The position numbers were made by a program, and so were the translations under genes. From Lama guanicoe (Eukaryota), in assembly GCA_013239625.1 (NCBI GenBank), contig MU054323.1:682001-746000 (forward strand): 64,000 nucleotides of DNA. Reading direction: 5' to 3'. Under the pieces are notes generated by a model. It made no database searches. It was not told the DNA's origin and saw nothing but the letters and a program-made list of their open reading frames with translations. This document shows, one piece after another, positions 37,425 through 48,872 of this stretch; positions within the stretch are counted from its first letter, which is position 1; every line of letters begins with the position of its first letter.

Positions 37425-38110
37425 TACAAATAATAACAACAGATGCCTGTGTAATGTTGACCAGATGCCAGCCGCTGTTCTAAGTACCTCCAAACACTAA
37501 ACTAATGTCATCTTCAAGATAACCTACAACACAAGCCATTGTGATAGGGGCTGTCAGCTCTGATCCATCTCCTCTTCTTCCTGAACACACAGCAAAGACT
37601 GCACTTCCAGCCTCCCCTGGGTCAGGTGTGTCACACCACTCAGTGCTGGTCAACGGAGGCTGAGTAGAGGGGACAAGGGCCCCTTCTAGGCCAGGCCATG
37701 ACGCTCCCATGGGTTCCCCCTACCAATGTCCCTCTTCCTCACAGGGTCTTTGCAAACCAAATGCTACAGTTGGTAAAAATGACGGATGATCCGAGTCCTC
37801 TGAATTACTGGAACAGAATTCCCTGCTCATCTGAAACTGTTCCGGACTATTCTGTGAGTGAGAAATAAACTACGTTTATGTTAGGTTACCACATGCATGA
37901 GTACATTTGTCACACCACTTAGTCTACTCTAATGAAATTTTATATTGTCATTATCATCATCTTCATTTTACAGGTGAGGAAACTGAGGCACAGGTAACTT
38001 GTCCAAGGTCACATATCAGGTCACATCTAGACCCTAGTACAGCTGGAATTGAAATCCAGGCAATCTGGCTCCAGACTCCATGCTGTTGATCATTACACGA
38101 TACACCTCCT
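37425..38110 (-). mobile_element. MIR SINE split by an MLT1 LTR insertion
   Basis: Left arm AATAACAAC...TGCCAGCCGCTGTTCTAAGTAC...ATAACCT (37425-37538). Right arm CATTTTACAGGTGAGGAAACTGAGGCACAG...GGTCACA...TGAAATCCAGGCAATCTGGCTCCAGA (37940-38110). Confidence 0.8.
37540..37937 (+). mobile_element. MLT1I/J-like MaLR solo LTR
   Basis: TG start, CACTTCCAGCCTCCCCT...CTGGTCAACGG...CTTCTAGGCCAGGCC, and TGTGAGTGAGAAATAAACT...GTTA near the 3' end. Confidence 0.75.
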
Positions 38111-38929
38111 TATGGACTGAAAGAAAGTGGTGAGGAAAAACAGACTGTGGGGATGGGGTAGAGGGGATGCTGGCCACCGAGTGGCCCCATGCTCCTTCTG
38201 TCCAGCTTGCATGGATAGGTAAACTGAATGGTTAGGAGAAGAGGCTTCCCCGAGGTCCTTCAAGATTAGGGACTTCCTGATTCCCAAGTCCCTCTGCTGT
38301 GCCATTTCGCCTGGTATACACACAGTATAACCATATGTATTAGTACAAAGCTGCAGGTACACTAGCAACATAGCCTCTGTGAAGCTCTACTTTCACAGAT
38401 CGGGGAATGGAGTCTCAGGAAATAAACCAACCAGCCCACGGTCAACAAGTTAGAAAGTAGAGAGCTGAGATACCAAACCTATAAACTCAAAGCAAAACAA
38501 TGTGTCATGAAAGGGGCTTTCAACCCAAGCTCATTTAGAGGGAATAACACTGTGCGCAGCAGCTGTGCGGTTTCTGGTCATTCCCACCAGCTTTGTCCTC
38601 CCCGAGTCCCTCTTCTCACCACCCTCTCTCTGGGCATACGTCTTCTGTCTCTGTTCGGCCCATCTGTGGGCCTCCCCCTATGCAAGGCTGTTTCACCCAT
38701 CAGGGAGGTCCCTGAGCCCAGCACTGCCTGTGGGCGTGAGCAGCAGAGCTGGTAAGGTTTGCTGAATGCAGAAGCGAACAAGGTGGGGACAGCATCTGCA
38801 CCCCCATTTTGCAGATGGAGAGGCCGCAGCTCATGGTGTTGAAGAGATGTGGCCAGGTCCCATTGCTGTCAAGTCCTTTGCAGGCCAGAATCTGTGGATT
38901 AATAATCAGTGAAGTGATGGCAGCCAGAG

Positions 38930-39445
38930 GGATCCGGGTTGGCGAGTGGCACGAAGAGACTTTCAAAATGCCGCCACCGCCAGGGCCTTGCGTGAAGGAG
39001 GGGTCACGCCCCAGCTCTCCAGAGACCCCCCTGGCCAGCTCAGCCCACCTGCTTGCCAGCAGGCGTGGGTGGCTGGGGTTGTAGGGATGGGAAGCAGCCC
39101 CAAGTCCCCAGTCCCTGGCCGGCCTCTTTCCTCTCGTCTGGGAAGGGCCAGGGAGCCGGCCAGGACAACGGATCCCTCTGCCCCTCTGCGGGGAAGCGGC
39201 AGCTCCGCATTGCAGGGGTCCCCGCGGGCCGCCGCCGACCACCACTCCCCTGCCGGTCCTTCCTTTGTCCCGGCCGCGTCTGCAGCAGCCGCTGAGCTGG
39301 GTGCTGCCCGGTACACCAGCACCATCTAGGGGCGAGTGGGTCGCAGGGGTGGTGCCCAGAAGAGGGGAAGAGCGCTCTGCTGGCATCCGTGGGTCGCCTC
39401 TGGCCTCCGGCAAGTAGTCGCAACTCCAGCCCTGGCTTCGGTTGC
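38930..39445. promoter_or_regulatory. Small CpG-rich, GC-rich island (candidate promoter, enhancer or insulator)
   Basis: CpG density is sharply above the flanks (e.g. CCCGCGGGCCGCCGCCGACC, CCCGGCCGCG). No TE signature is recognisable. Confidence 0.6.
39317..39334 (-). promoter_or_regulatory. CTCF-binding motif
   Basis: Minus strand CGCCCCTAGATGGTGCTG closely matches the CTCF core (CCACTAGATGGCGC type) and lies inside the CpG island. Confidence 0.6.
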
Positions 39446-39469
39446 ATTAATTAGGGTGACAGTCAGGCC

Positions 39470-39680
39470 CACCCCATGGGTGCTCCTAAGGTGATGCCAT
39501 TTCACTCTTCTGATCATATTTGATCACCCCAACAGCTACTCACAGGCAAAGAGGGAAACTGAGGCTCTGAGAGGTTAAGTAACCCCAAGGGGCACAGCGA
39601 GTCAGGGCAGAACCAGGAATCAAAGCCAGATCCGTTTGTGCCCCAGATCTGTGCACTGGGCCCCTTTGCTGTGCTGCCTG
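39470..39680 (-). mobile_element. MIR SINE
   Basis: GGAAACTGAGGCTCTGAGAGGTTAAGTAACCCCAAGGGGCACAGCGAGTCAGGGCAGAACCAGGAATCAAAGCCAGATC. Confidence 0.85.
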
Positions 39681-41615
39681 GGGGAGGCAGCTTCCCAGGT
39701 AGCTAATGGCTCTGGGAAAGCTCTTCTTGCTCGGTCCATGTCTTCTGCCAGCTACTTCTTGTGTGATCTTGGCCAAGTCACGTCACCTCTCTGAGACTCA
39801 GCAGTATTGCTCAACCTTAGAGATCACCCCAAGACTTTCTTGTGATTCATAGAGCTGAGTGTGTCAACCATGGGAAGGATTCTAAGTCAAAATTCACTCC
39901 AAGCAGGTAAATCAGATGCTGTGAGTCATGGCGGGGATGAAGAAGAAAGGACCTCAGAAAAAAAAAATTGGCTCCATAAATGTGTCAAACTATCGTTCCC
40001 ACAAACGTGGAGCTCCAGAACCCTCCGCCGGAGGCCAAACCTCCTTTAGACCTGGCTTTGAGGCCTGGAACCCATGTCATTATCTCCATTTTACAGCTGA
40101 GAAAAATCAAGGCACAAAGAGCCATAGATGTTTTCTCAGCGTTGTGAGAGCCAAGACTGAGGTCATAGCCACCGCTTCCTCTCCCAGGCCAGGCCCCTCT
40201 GCGGGGACTCTGGAAAGTCTGAGCCCCCACTGGAGGGCGGCATCCTGAGGATATTCTGCATCAGGAGGAAGGACGGATGTGGGAGGGTTTGGTCTGGAAG
40301 AGAGAAGACCCAGAAGCACACGAAGCTGAAGACAGTCTCTAAATAGCAGAAGGGCTGACATGCGGATGAGTAAGCAGACGAATGAGGCAGAGAAGGGACA
40401 TGGGAGGCGGAGAGCGAAGTGATGAGTTTTCAGCAACAGGAGGAACAGAAGCCGAGACAGAGGAAGCCCTCCTGCCAACTGGCCTGTGTAGTAACCTTTT
40501 CCCCAAAGATGCTTGGAGCCTGTTGCTTTCTTCCTGAGGCCACAGCCCACTATTCCTGGCTCCTCTGCATCCCTGCTTCCCTTCTTCTTATCCCGACGAC
40601 AGCCTGTGGCTGCCAAGAGCAGGTGCACGACTTACGAAGACGACTTCCCCCTTCCCTGTGAGGGCAGGTCCATTCCGACGCGATTGCAGGCCAGGCCCCC
40701 CTGGGAAATGCTGGACCACTCATTTGTACAGGCTGCTCAGCTCCCATCAGCTCTGAATAATCCCTGCCTCTTCAGGTAATCAGAGTGCTCGCCTCTTACA
40801 ACCCAGGAGCGTAACAAATGCTGTCCCCTGTCCCCTGTCCTTTCTGCCGTGACCTGGATGTGTCTTGCTCCCCTGGCGCTGGGACCTCTGGAGGTCCTGG
40901 ACTGTTCTTTTGCCGCCCTGCATTCCCCACTCCTGCCCCAACACAATGCTGACAATGAGAGAGAGTTTTCTAGAAACACTGTGTAAGTACTTTATCCCCT
41001 TCCCGCCACCTGTGGTCACTCCAAGGGCTTCCCGCCACAGATGTTGGCTGAGAACCTACTGTGTGCCAGGCACTCTGCGCCTGGGAGGAACTGGTTCACC
41101 AGCTTAGGATTAAACATTTCTCATTTTTCCACTTAACCTCTCGTGTCCTGTTTGCCCAACTTAGCAGGAAGTTCTGTACCTCCCTCTCAACTCCAATGGC
41201 CACCCCATGTGCACTGGCCACCAGCACATCAAGGACCTTTAGATCCTAGGCCAGAAAACTGGTTCTGGACAAACTGAAGAGTCCCTGCCCACTGTTTCCA
41301 TGGTGTCCTTACTGACTGCGTCCTCCACCCTGGCCCCAGCGCCCTCAAGGTTACAATTTCTGCCGTTTCTATTCACTCTCAGTCACAGTGACTAAACGCC
41401 ACCAAAGCTGGGTCTACAGGGGTTTCTGACATCCTCACCCACGTGCAGTGCAAGATCGCCTTTCCTTCGCAAGGCGCCCAGCTTGGGTCTGGCCCACCCA
41501 GATCCCTCCACTTTCTTGGCAGTGGACTTGGATAGGCACTATCTCATTCTTCCAGAAACAACTCAATAACAGAACATCTCAGAAGGGGAGTTAAGAGCCC
41601 AGACTTTTTTTTTTT

Positions 41616-41946
41616 NNNNNNNNNNNNNNNNNNNNNNNNNNNNNNNNNNNNNNNNNNNNNNNNNNNNNNNNNNNNNNNNNNNNNNNNNNNNNNNNNNNNN
41701 NNNNNNNNNNNNNNNNNNNNNNNNNNNNNNNNNNNNNNNNNNNNNNNNNNNNNNNNNNNNNNNNNNNNNNNNNNNNNNNNNNNNNNNNNNNNNNNNNNNN
41801 NNNNNNNNNNNNNNNNNNNNNNNNNNNNNNNNNNNNNNNNNNNNNNNNNNNNNNNNNNNNNNNNNNNNNNNNNNNNNNNNNNNNNNNNNNNNNNNNNNNN
41901 NNNNNNNNNNNNNNNNNNNNNNNNNNNNNNNNNNNNNNNNNNNNNN
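41616..41946. other. Assembly gap (331 N)
   Basis: Run of N, preceded by T11. Confidence 0.99.
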
Positions 41947-42050
41947 CAGGCTGAGAATGTTGTACAAGGTCACATAGCTCAAGTGAGGGAGAGCTGGCAT
42001 TCAAATCCATGTCTGCCTGTCCCTCAAACCTGTGTTTTTTTTCCTTTATT
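41947..42050 (-). mobile_element. MIR fragment
   Basis: CAAGGTCACATAGCTCAAGTGAGGGGAGAGCTGGCATTCAAATCCATGTCTGCCTG. Confidence 0.75.
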
Positions 42051-43454
42051 ATCCTTTCTGGCAAGGATATTTAACTGTCTCAAGGGTGACTCACACTTGT
42101 AGCCTATTGGATATCTGGTATTTTTATTACTAATACTCTTTAAAAATCCCTGTGCCACCCTAATCTAGTAAAAGTACATTGGAATCAATGGGTCTTTTTT
42201 GTTTTATTAATCTGTCTCTCTGATCCCCATGCAAAGTCTATGGTCCCTAATTGGCATGACATCACACTGGCTGATCAGATAAACCAAAATGGTGCCCTTA
42301 GTCAGACCTGAGCCAGCACAACAGGGTATCCCAGTGAACCTGACGTGACCCTGGACCTTTTGCCTCTGTGCACTGACAGGTCCCAGTGGAAGAACTTGTC
42401 CAATTGCTTCTTTGGAAGGTGTCCACATCTCTGTGGGATGAACAGGCAAAATGTGCCGTGTCTTGCCAAGAAACCAAGACCCAGCAGAGAGTAAGGGTCA
42501 TAAACTATCAGAGCTGAGTGAGTTCCAGCAGGCACTTGGCTCACCTGATCCATTATATGGTTAAAAAGTCTGGGGCCGGGGGAGGGGAGATGGTTTCCTG
42601 TGGCCACACAGAAATGTTGACGGAGCTAGGGTTAGAACAAACAGACAACAGGTATCACAGAACCTCTTTGATTCAGCACCACCCTCTCCAGATGTTGCCT
42701 TTTAAATATATCATCACTGAAAAGCACCTAGGGTACAAATTGATTTCACTAACTTATGGATAAGGTGCTGGGGCCCAGGGAGGTGAAGTGTCTTGCTCAG
42801 GGTCACTGGTTGGTAGAGGAGCCAGAGCGAGGGTTCAGGTCTTGCAGCACAGAGGCGTTTATTCCTGTTGCTTGCCCTGGCTAGGGGTGAAGTACGGAGA
42901 AGGTGGTCAACCCTGCAGGTGAGGCTACTTTCCAACTTTCTCTTCGTGGAGAGAAAAGAGTGACATTTTGGCACCACTTCAAAGGAGATAAGACCCCTGG
43001 GCCCTGGCTTAGCAAGAACCCAACTAGCCCCCTGGCCGTACCCACTGGCCTTTGACTCTAGATGGTGGCACAGGTAGAAAGGACTCAGAGTTGGTGGCAT
43101 AAAGACTTCAGTGAAAATCCCGACTCTGTTTCTTACCACTCGCGTGATCTTAGCCACAGTTCTTCAAACCAGAGTGTCATTTCCAGTTCCCGGAAACTAA
43201 TAAACATCTTTGTTTCTTGACCTTGGCTGCTTGATGCTAGTTGCCTTGTCCATGTGATGAAATTCCAGTATCTGTTTGATTCTAACCCCGTGAAGTGCCT
43301 TCCTCTGGAAGCTTTGCTGTGACGCTTTGGGCCCAGCAGACACAGAACCCAGGTTAGCATTGTTCTGCCTGAGTTTCACTGGGCATAGCAGTCTCTTAGT
43401 CCTGGTGGCCGACGGGTGGACCAGGCCTTTGTTAGTTTCCACATCTAAAGAGGT

Positions 43455-43641
43455 CTGTATGGCACAGGGAAATATATACACGATTCTGTGGTAGCTCACG
43501 GTGGAAAAGAAATGTGACAATGAATATGTGTATGTTCATGTATAACTGAAAAATTGTGTTCTACACTGAAATTTGACACAACATTATAGAATGACTATTA
43601 CTCAATAAGAAATGTTAAAAAAAAAGAGAGAGAGAGAGAGA
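43455..43641 (+). mobile_element. Young camelid L1 3' end with A/(GA)n tail
   Basis: Highly similar to 30118-30348: GCACAGGGAAATATATAC...GTGGTAGCTCAC...TGTGACAATGAATAT...GACACAACATT...CTCAATAA. Confidence 0.9.
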
Positions 43642-45394
43642 TGTATATTAGTTCTCTATAGGAGAACCCCTTTGATCCAAACTTAAGATGATTGCTCAGT
43701 GATGATGGCTACCACCTTGCCCATGGGTACAGTTACTGCCATTGACCTGGGGACCTTTTAGACGGCACACTACCTGGGGATTGTGCCCAGGAGGGGTTGA
43801 GGGCAGCCACAGGTCCCTTACTCAGTGCTAGGTCACCTGTCACTCACAAACATCTTTTTTTCTAACATTGTTTTGCAGACCTGCGTCACTACAAGGGTGG
43901 ACCCTGTCCATAAGCCAGACAAAGAGATTTAAGGCAAATTGGAAGGAAGACCTATACTTTAGCTTGCAGGAAGAAAGTAGAGTGAAACAAAGAAATGAAT
44001 GAGAACTAGTGATGATTCGTAAATGAACGACGTTGGGCATAATTTTTTTAAATCTTGCACTGTAAGGGATCTCCATACCTAAAAGGCTTTCACATGTTCT
44101 ATTTAGCTAATTAAAAATATTCCTCGTTTTGAAAAGGAAAGACAAGTGTAAATTCTTTTGTTCTGATCTCAATCTCAAATTAAAGCACAGGCCTTGCAGT
44201 TTATACAGGCATATCTGGCAATTAAGGTTCCTGGATGCGTCTTTACATTGAGCTTGCAAAGATAAGCACCTAAGTTAATTACGGAAGTGTCACTAGCTTG
44301 TTTATTAAATATCTTCAAATATGATTTTTTAAATGGGGATGAAAGGCAGACCCCACTGTGGATGAAATACACTAGGCGGGGCCTGCCCCAGGCTGGGGTG
44401 TCAGGCATCAGAAGAGTAATTGACAAAGCCGTGTGTTGAACCCATATCCGTGTACCTTTGGGGAAGGGCCCTCCTTTCTTAATTCAAGGAGAAAGTCTGA
44501 TGTCTCCATCCTAGGCTGTCAGTACGAGAAAGTCTTGGCTGAGCCTTGGTCCCTTTGAGCAAGGCAGGATGTGTGAACTCCTGACGTACGTGTTCCTTGT
44601 CATCTTAGGCCTCCTATTGATTGTCCAGAAGTGAGTTTAATGAAGACAGAATGTCTCCTGTAAACAAATCATTATCCCTGATCAAGGAAGTGTAAACAGA
44701 GCCTGGCCTGGGAAGCAAGCCCTTCGTCTCTCCCTACCACAGACATGTACAACGTCAGGACTCCCGGGACTTGCCGGGGTCTGGAGTCAATAAGGAAACT
44801 TCCTGGAGCGGAGGGGGAAGACCCAGAAAGCAGACACATGGTGAGAGAGATCCAACAGTGTCTTCAACCTCAGATCTTATTCTGAAATCTGGGAAAATGG
44901 GACTGATGTAGAAACAGATGAACTTATTTTAAAAAATCCAAATGATCGTAAGTCCTGAACATGCTGATATATAAGGGATGGAAATATATCACAAAAGCAT
45001 TTGCTACAAGAATGCTTTGAATGATGGGAGATAGAGTGGGCTTCAGTTTACTTAATCTTACTAAAATCAACATTTTATTTCTCAATGTCCTTAGAAAAAT
45101 CATTAGAACTTCTTGATTCTTCTTTTATTATACGTAATCCATCTACTTCGTATTTACAATAGATACTCCATAAACTTGTTTGATTTGCTTTGTTTTTTGA
45201 TGAAAATAAGGCCACTTAGACAATTATACAGCAGCAGGTAAATCTAAGGGGTTATATTTATACAACGTCTAGCACATCAGTCCTTAATAGGTGGTTGTTC
45301 TTAAGACTATTATTATAATTACCATGCTCTCCATCATTTGTACCATTTAATTACCTCTGTGTACAGTGAAGGGTGTTAGTATGTTTTAATTAAT

Positions 45395-45640
45395 AACATA
45401 AAAATGGCTGCCTCTTAGTGATTGTAAACTATGTGCCCAGCCCTATACTAGGTGCTCTGCATACAAATGAACATTTTACGTATCTCAGGGACTCGAAGAC
45501 AGCGACATCGTGATCCTCATTTTACTGAGGCTCCAGGAAGTCAAGCACCTCATAGACATTCCACGCCGTCGGTTGGGAGGAGCGTTGGTTAAAGCCAGCT
45601 CTGTCTCATTTCACACATCGTGTTCTCTCCACCATCTCGT
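45395..45640 (-). mobile_element. MIR SINE
   Basis: CTATGTGCCCAGCCCTATACTAGGTGCTCTGCATAC...CCTCATTTTACTGAGGCTCCAGGAAGTCAAG. Confidence 0.65.
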
Positions 45641-46599
45641 GCCTCTTGTTTTGAAGAGACAGACAATGCATTTTAGAATTATTTCAGGCTATTTTATTCC
45701 CCCTCTAACTGTGTGTCATTCAGACCAGCTGTAAAACCACTTGGAGTATGGGATGAGTCTTTTCTGAAAGACATCATCAGCCTAGAGAGGTCCTTTGGAA
45801 ATCTCAAGATCCTCGTCCCCATTTCGTCACCCTCATTGTCCTGATTGCTGCCGTTCTCACACGGACCGGCGCCGGCTTTGTTTCCTGAGCATCTCCTGTG
45901 CATTGTCCCTGCTCCAGCTACTTGTGAGCATTTGCATTGTAAACTGGCCTTTCCACACTAGACCTGCCCACCAGATGCCTGAAAGGGGTCCTGTGGCTCC
46001 AAGATCTCCCTGAAGTCATAAATAGCCAAGATCATGGGTAAAACAGAGCAGGATGCTTTCTCCCCAGACCCAGGGAGTGGCTGTGTATCAGCTCATGCTC
46101 AGCAAAGTGCACTTTGGACACACTTGAACACCTCCAGTGACAAGAAGCTCACTACATACCAAGGAAGCCCGTTCCATGATTGAAGAGTTCTGTTGATTTG
46201 GAAGTTGGATATAAGCTTTTCTTTTTCTTTTCTTATTCAGACGTCATTGACAAATCACATTGTGTTGCATAATGTGCATAACATAGTGGTTTGCCATAGG
46301 ACATGGGCTTTTCTATTGAAAATAAAGGAACATACGTTAGTACACACTTTTTAGACACAACTTATCAACAGGTGTCAAGAGCTTTAAAAGTATTCTTTCT
46401 TTTCCATCAGCTGATTCTAATTCAATCAGTTCATTTGTTCCTGGAAATTCACGCTATTGAAAGAATCCAAGATAGTGGAAAAACTGTTGTTATTTTCAGA
46501 TGTCAACATTACTTTATTTTTAATAGCCTAATGAATATATGAATAATTAAGGATTTCAGTTTTCTTAATCTTACTCAGACAACGTGGCGTGTAGATCCT

Positions 46600-46765
46600 A
46601 GAGGAAGACTTTTAAGAGAGGAACGTTTCTTCACCGTAACACCCCCCTGGAATGCCCCAGACCAATTAAATGAGAAACCCTAGCGATAAATCCAGACATT
46701 AGTATTTTTTTTCAAGTTGCCTTAGTGATTCTCATTGTGTAGCCAAGGTTAAGAGCCAGCCTTCT
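46600..46765. mobile_element. MER5A/MER5A1-like hAT-Charlie MITE
   Basis: CCCCAGACCAATTAAATGAGAAACC...CAGACATTAGTATTTTTTTCAAG...TGATTCTCATTGTGTAGCCAAGGTTAAGAGCCA, flanked by CTAGA-type target sequence. Confidence 0.7.
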
Positions 46766-48736
46766 AGAAGTCATCAAAATGGCTTGTTAAAATTGCTTTA
46801 GCTCATATTTTTCAGAAAGGGAGGCAGGCGAAAAACCAGGCCAGGCCAGCTGCTTTCAACAGGGTGTTGTGACCAGGCATAACTGTGTGGCCCTGGGACC
46901 CTAGGGGCTGAGGGCTCCATAGCTGCATCTCCCCGTTTGCATCATACTCACATCCAGCCATCCAGGTGCCCTCATTGGCCCTCATCCCACTGAGTCTGCC
47001 GGCCCTGCTGGGAGGCTCAGATAATATCGAAGAGAGAAGGCTCAGGTGCGACAGGCGGGCTAGGGTCTCTTTAACTTGTTGCACCACCATGCAAAGGTCA
47101 CTTTTAAACTCTGGGTCTCCATTTCTTTTGTGAAATGAAGGTGATAACTCCTGCCTTACCAGAGTGCTGCGAGGTTTGAAGTGGAGCGTGGGGATGGGGG
47201 TCACTCTGCTCTGTACCAGAGAAAGGACCCACAGCCACCCCAAGTCAGCCATGTGGGGAGGAGAGACACCGGAGTGTGGGAAGCAGACAGGACAGGCTGA
47301 GCTAACCCGGGGGCTTTACTGAGCTCAGCCCCTAATCCCCACTGCCTGTGGGAACCCCGCGCCTGGCCGTTTCCTCCAGATGGAGCCCAGCCCCGTCGGA
47401 GCCTCCCTCTGATGGCCTCTGCGCAGGCAGCCAGCCTTCCAGGCCCCTCACTGCCAACTGCGTTTCTTGCAGGTATAGGTTCTTCCTTAAATGCTACTCA
47501 GGGAAATCAGCACATCCACTTTTATTCCTCTGGTGTTTTTTTTTGCACAAATTGGAAAAGGCACCAAAAAAAAAAAAAAAGGAAATGAACCAATTCACCA
47601 GCTCTTTTTTTTAATTCAAAAGTAGCTCTTCTCCCATACCGCAGGTCGGGATGTAACTCATTCACAGACTCTGTTCTACATCCCTCAAAGCGGCAGGTTA
47701 AGGCCAGTGTAAGATGTCTGGGAAGACATCTCTGAGAACCAGTGTCTAAATCCTCTGGATCTGGTCCATTTGTTCGTTGTTTGTTTACTCATTCATTCAT
47801 TTATTGAGAATAAAAAATGTTACCCTCCTGTGCACAGGGCAACATTCTCGGGCACTTTCCTGAAGTCAGAAGACAGCCATTCACACGGCTCCTCGCTCAG
47901 CCGCCAACACCATGGGCACAAGTCTGGGGCTGTGGTGCGCTGCCCTTGCTCTGCCTCTGCCCTGCCTCCCCTTCAGTCTTGCAGCCCCAACCCAGGCCCC
48001 CCATGTGCTGTCCACGTAAGAGTGTTGAATTCCTCACAGCCTTGGCGCAGGAGACAACGGGGCGGTCTGGAGGTTGGACACATTGAGAAACACTCGTCTG
48101 TTCATTAAGGATTTCCTCGTCTGCTTCTACCTGAAGCCAAACATCTGGATGGAATATGCCAAAGCCAGACCACATATTTGGGTGTTCTCCCCACGTGAGT
48201 GCTTGCCAACAGGACACAGACCATCTGCGGACTGCTGCATTTTCACTCTATAGCCTCGGGCTAAGGTTCAGTTCCTTTAAGTTCAACAAACATTTGTTTA
48301 CACCGGCGTTTTGCTAGATCCTGTGCTGGCGGCAGGGGATAAAGGGATGAATGAGTCCCACTATGAAGGAACCGACAGGCTGGAAGAATGGGTGGCAGGG
48401 TCACAATTCATTCTACCTGAGGCTAAAAGTGACACGTGAAGGTTCCAGATCTGGATCCAGGGGCTGCTTCATTGAGGGACTCCCGGTGGCCAAATCACAG
48501 GCCATCGGTGAACTGGCACTTCGGAAGCTTGTAGTCTGTCAAGACGATGAAACTGAGCCTAAAGCTCAGTTGTCTACCCTGTAGAATGGGGGAACACCTC
48601 TGGGCTGTCCACAGCTGGAATGGGCAGTAAGGAAAAGAACTTGAGATGGTGGTGCAGAGGCATTGCTACCCTTATCATCAAATGAGGTGTTTGCATGTAA
48701 TTAAAAAAAATCTCCGTGTTTAAAAGTACACTTTGT

Positions 48737-48872
48737 GGGGAGGGTATACAGCTTAAGTGTTAGAGCACATGCTTAGCATGCATGAGGTCCTGAGTTCAAT
48801 CCCCAGTACCTCCTCTAAGACTAACCAAATAAATAAATCTAATTACCCCCCCAGCCAAAAATAAAAATAAAA
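48737..48872 (+). mobile_element. Vic-1-type camelid SINE
   Basis: GGGGAGGGTATACAGCTTAAGTGTTAGAGCACATGCTTAGCATGCATGAGGTCCTGAGTTCAATCCCCAGTACCTCC plus tail. Degenerate TSD AAAAGTACACTTT / AAAAGCATAGTTT. Confidence 0.92.

Noticed and set aside
38700..39447. 237-aa minus-strand ORF and several overlapping ORFs
   Set aside because: They lie in the GC-rich island where stops are scarce. The G/R/P/A-rich translations are open in many frames at once and have no recognisable domain.
41563..42064. 145-aa and 157-aa ORFs
   Set aside because: Artefacts of translating through the N gap.
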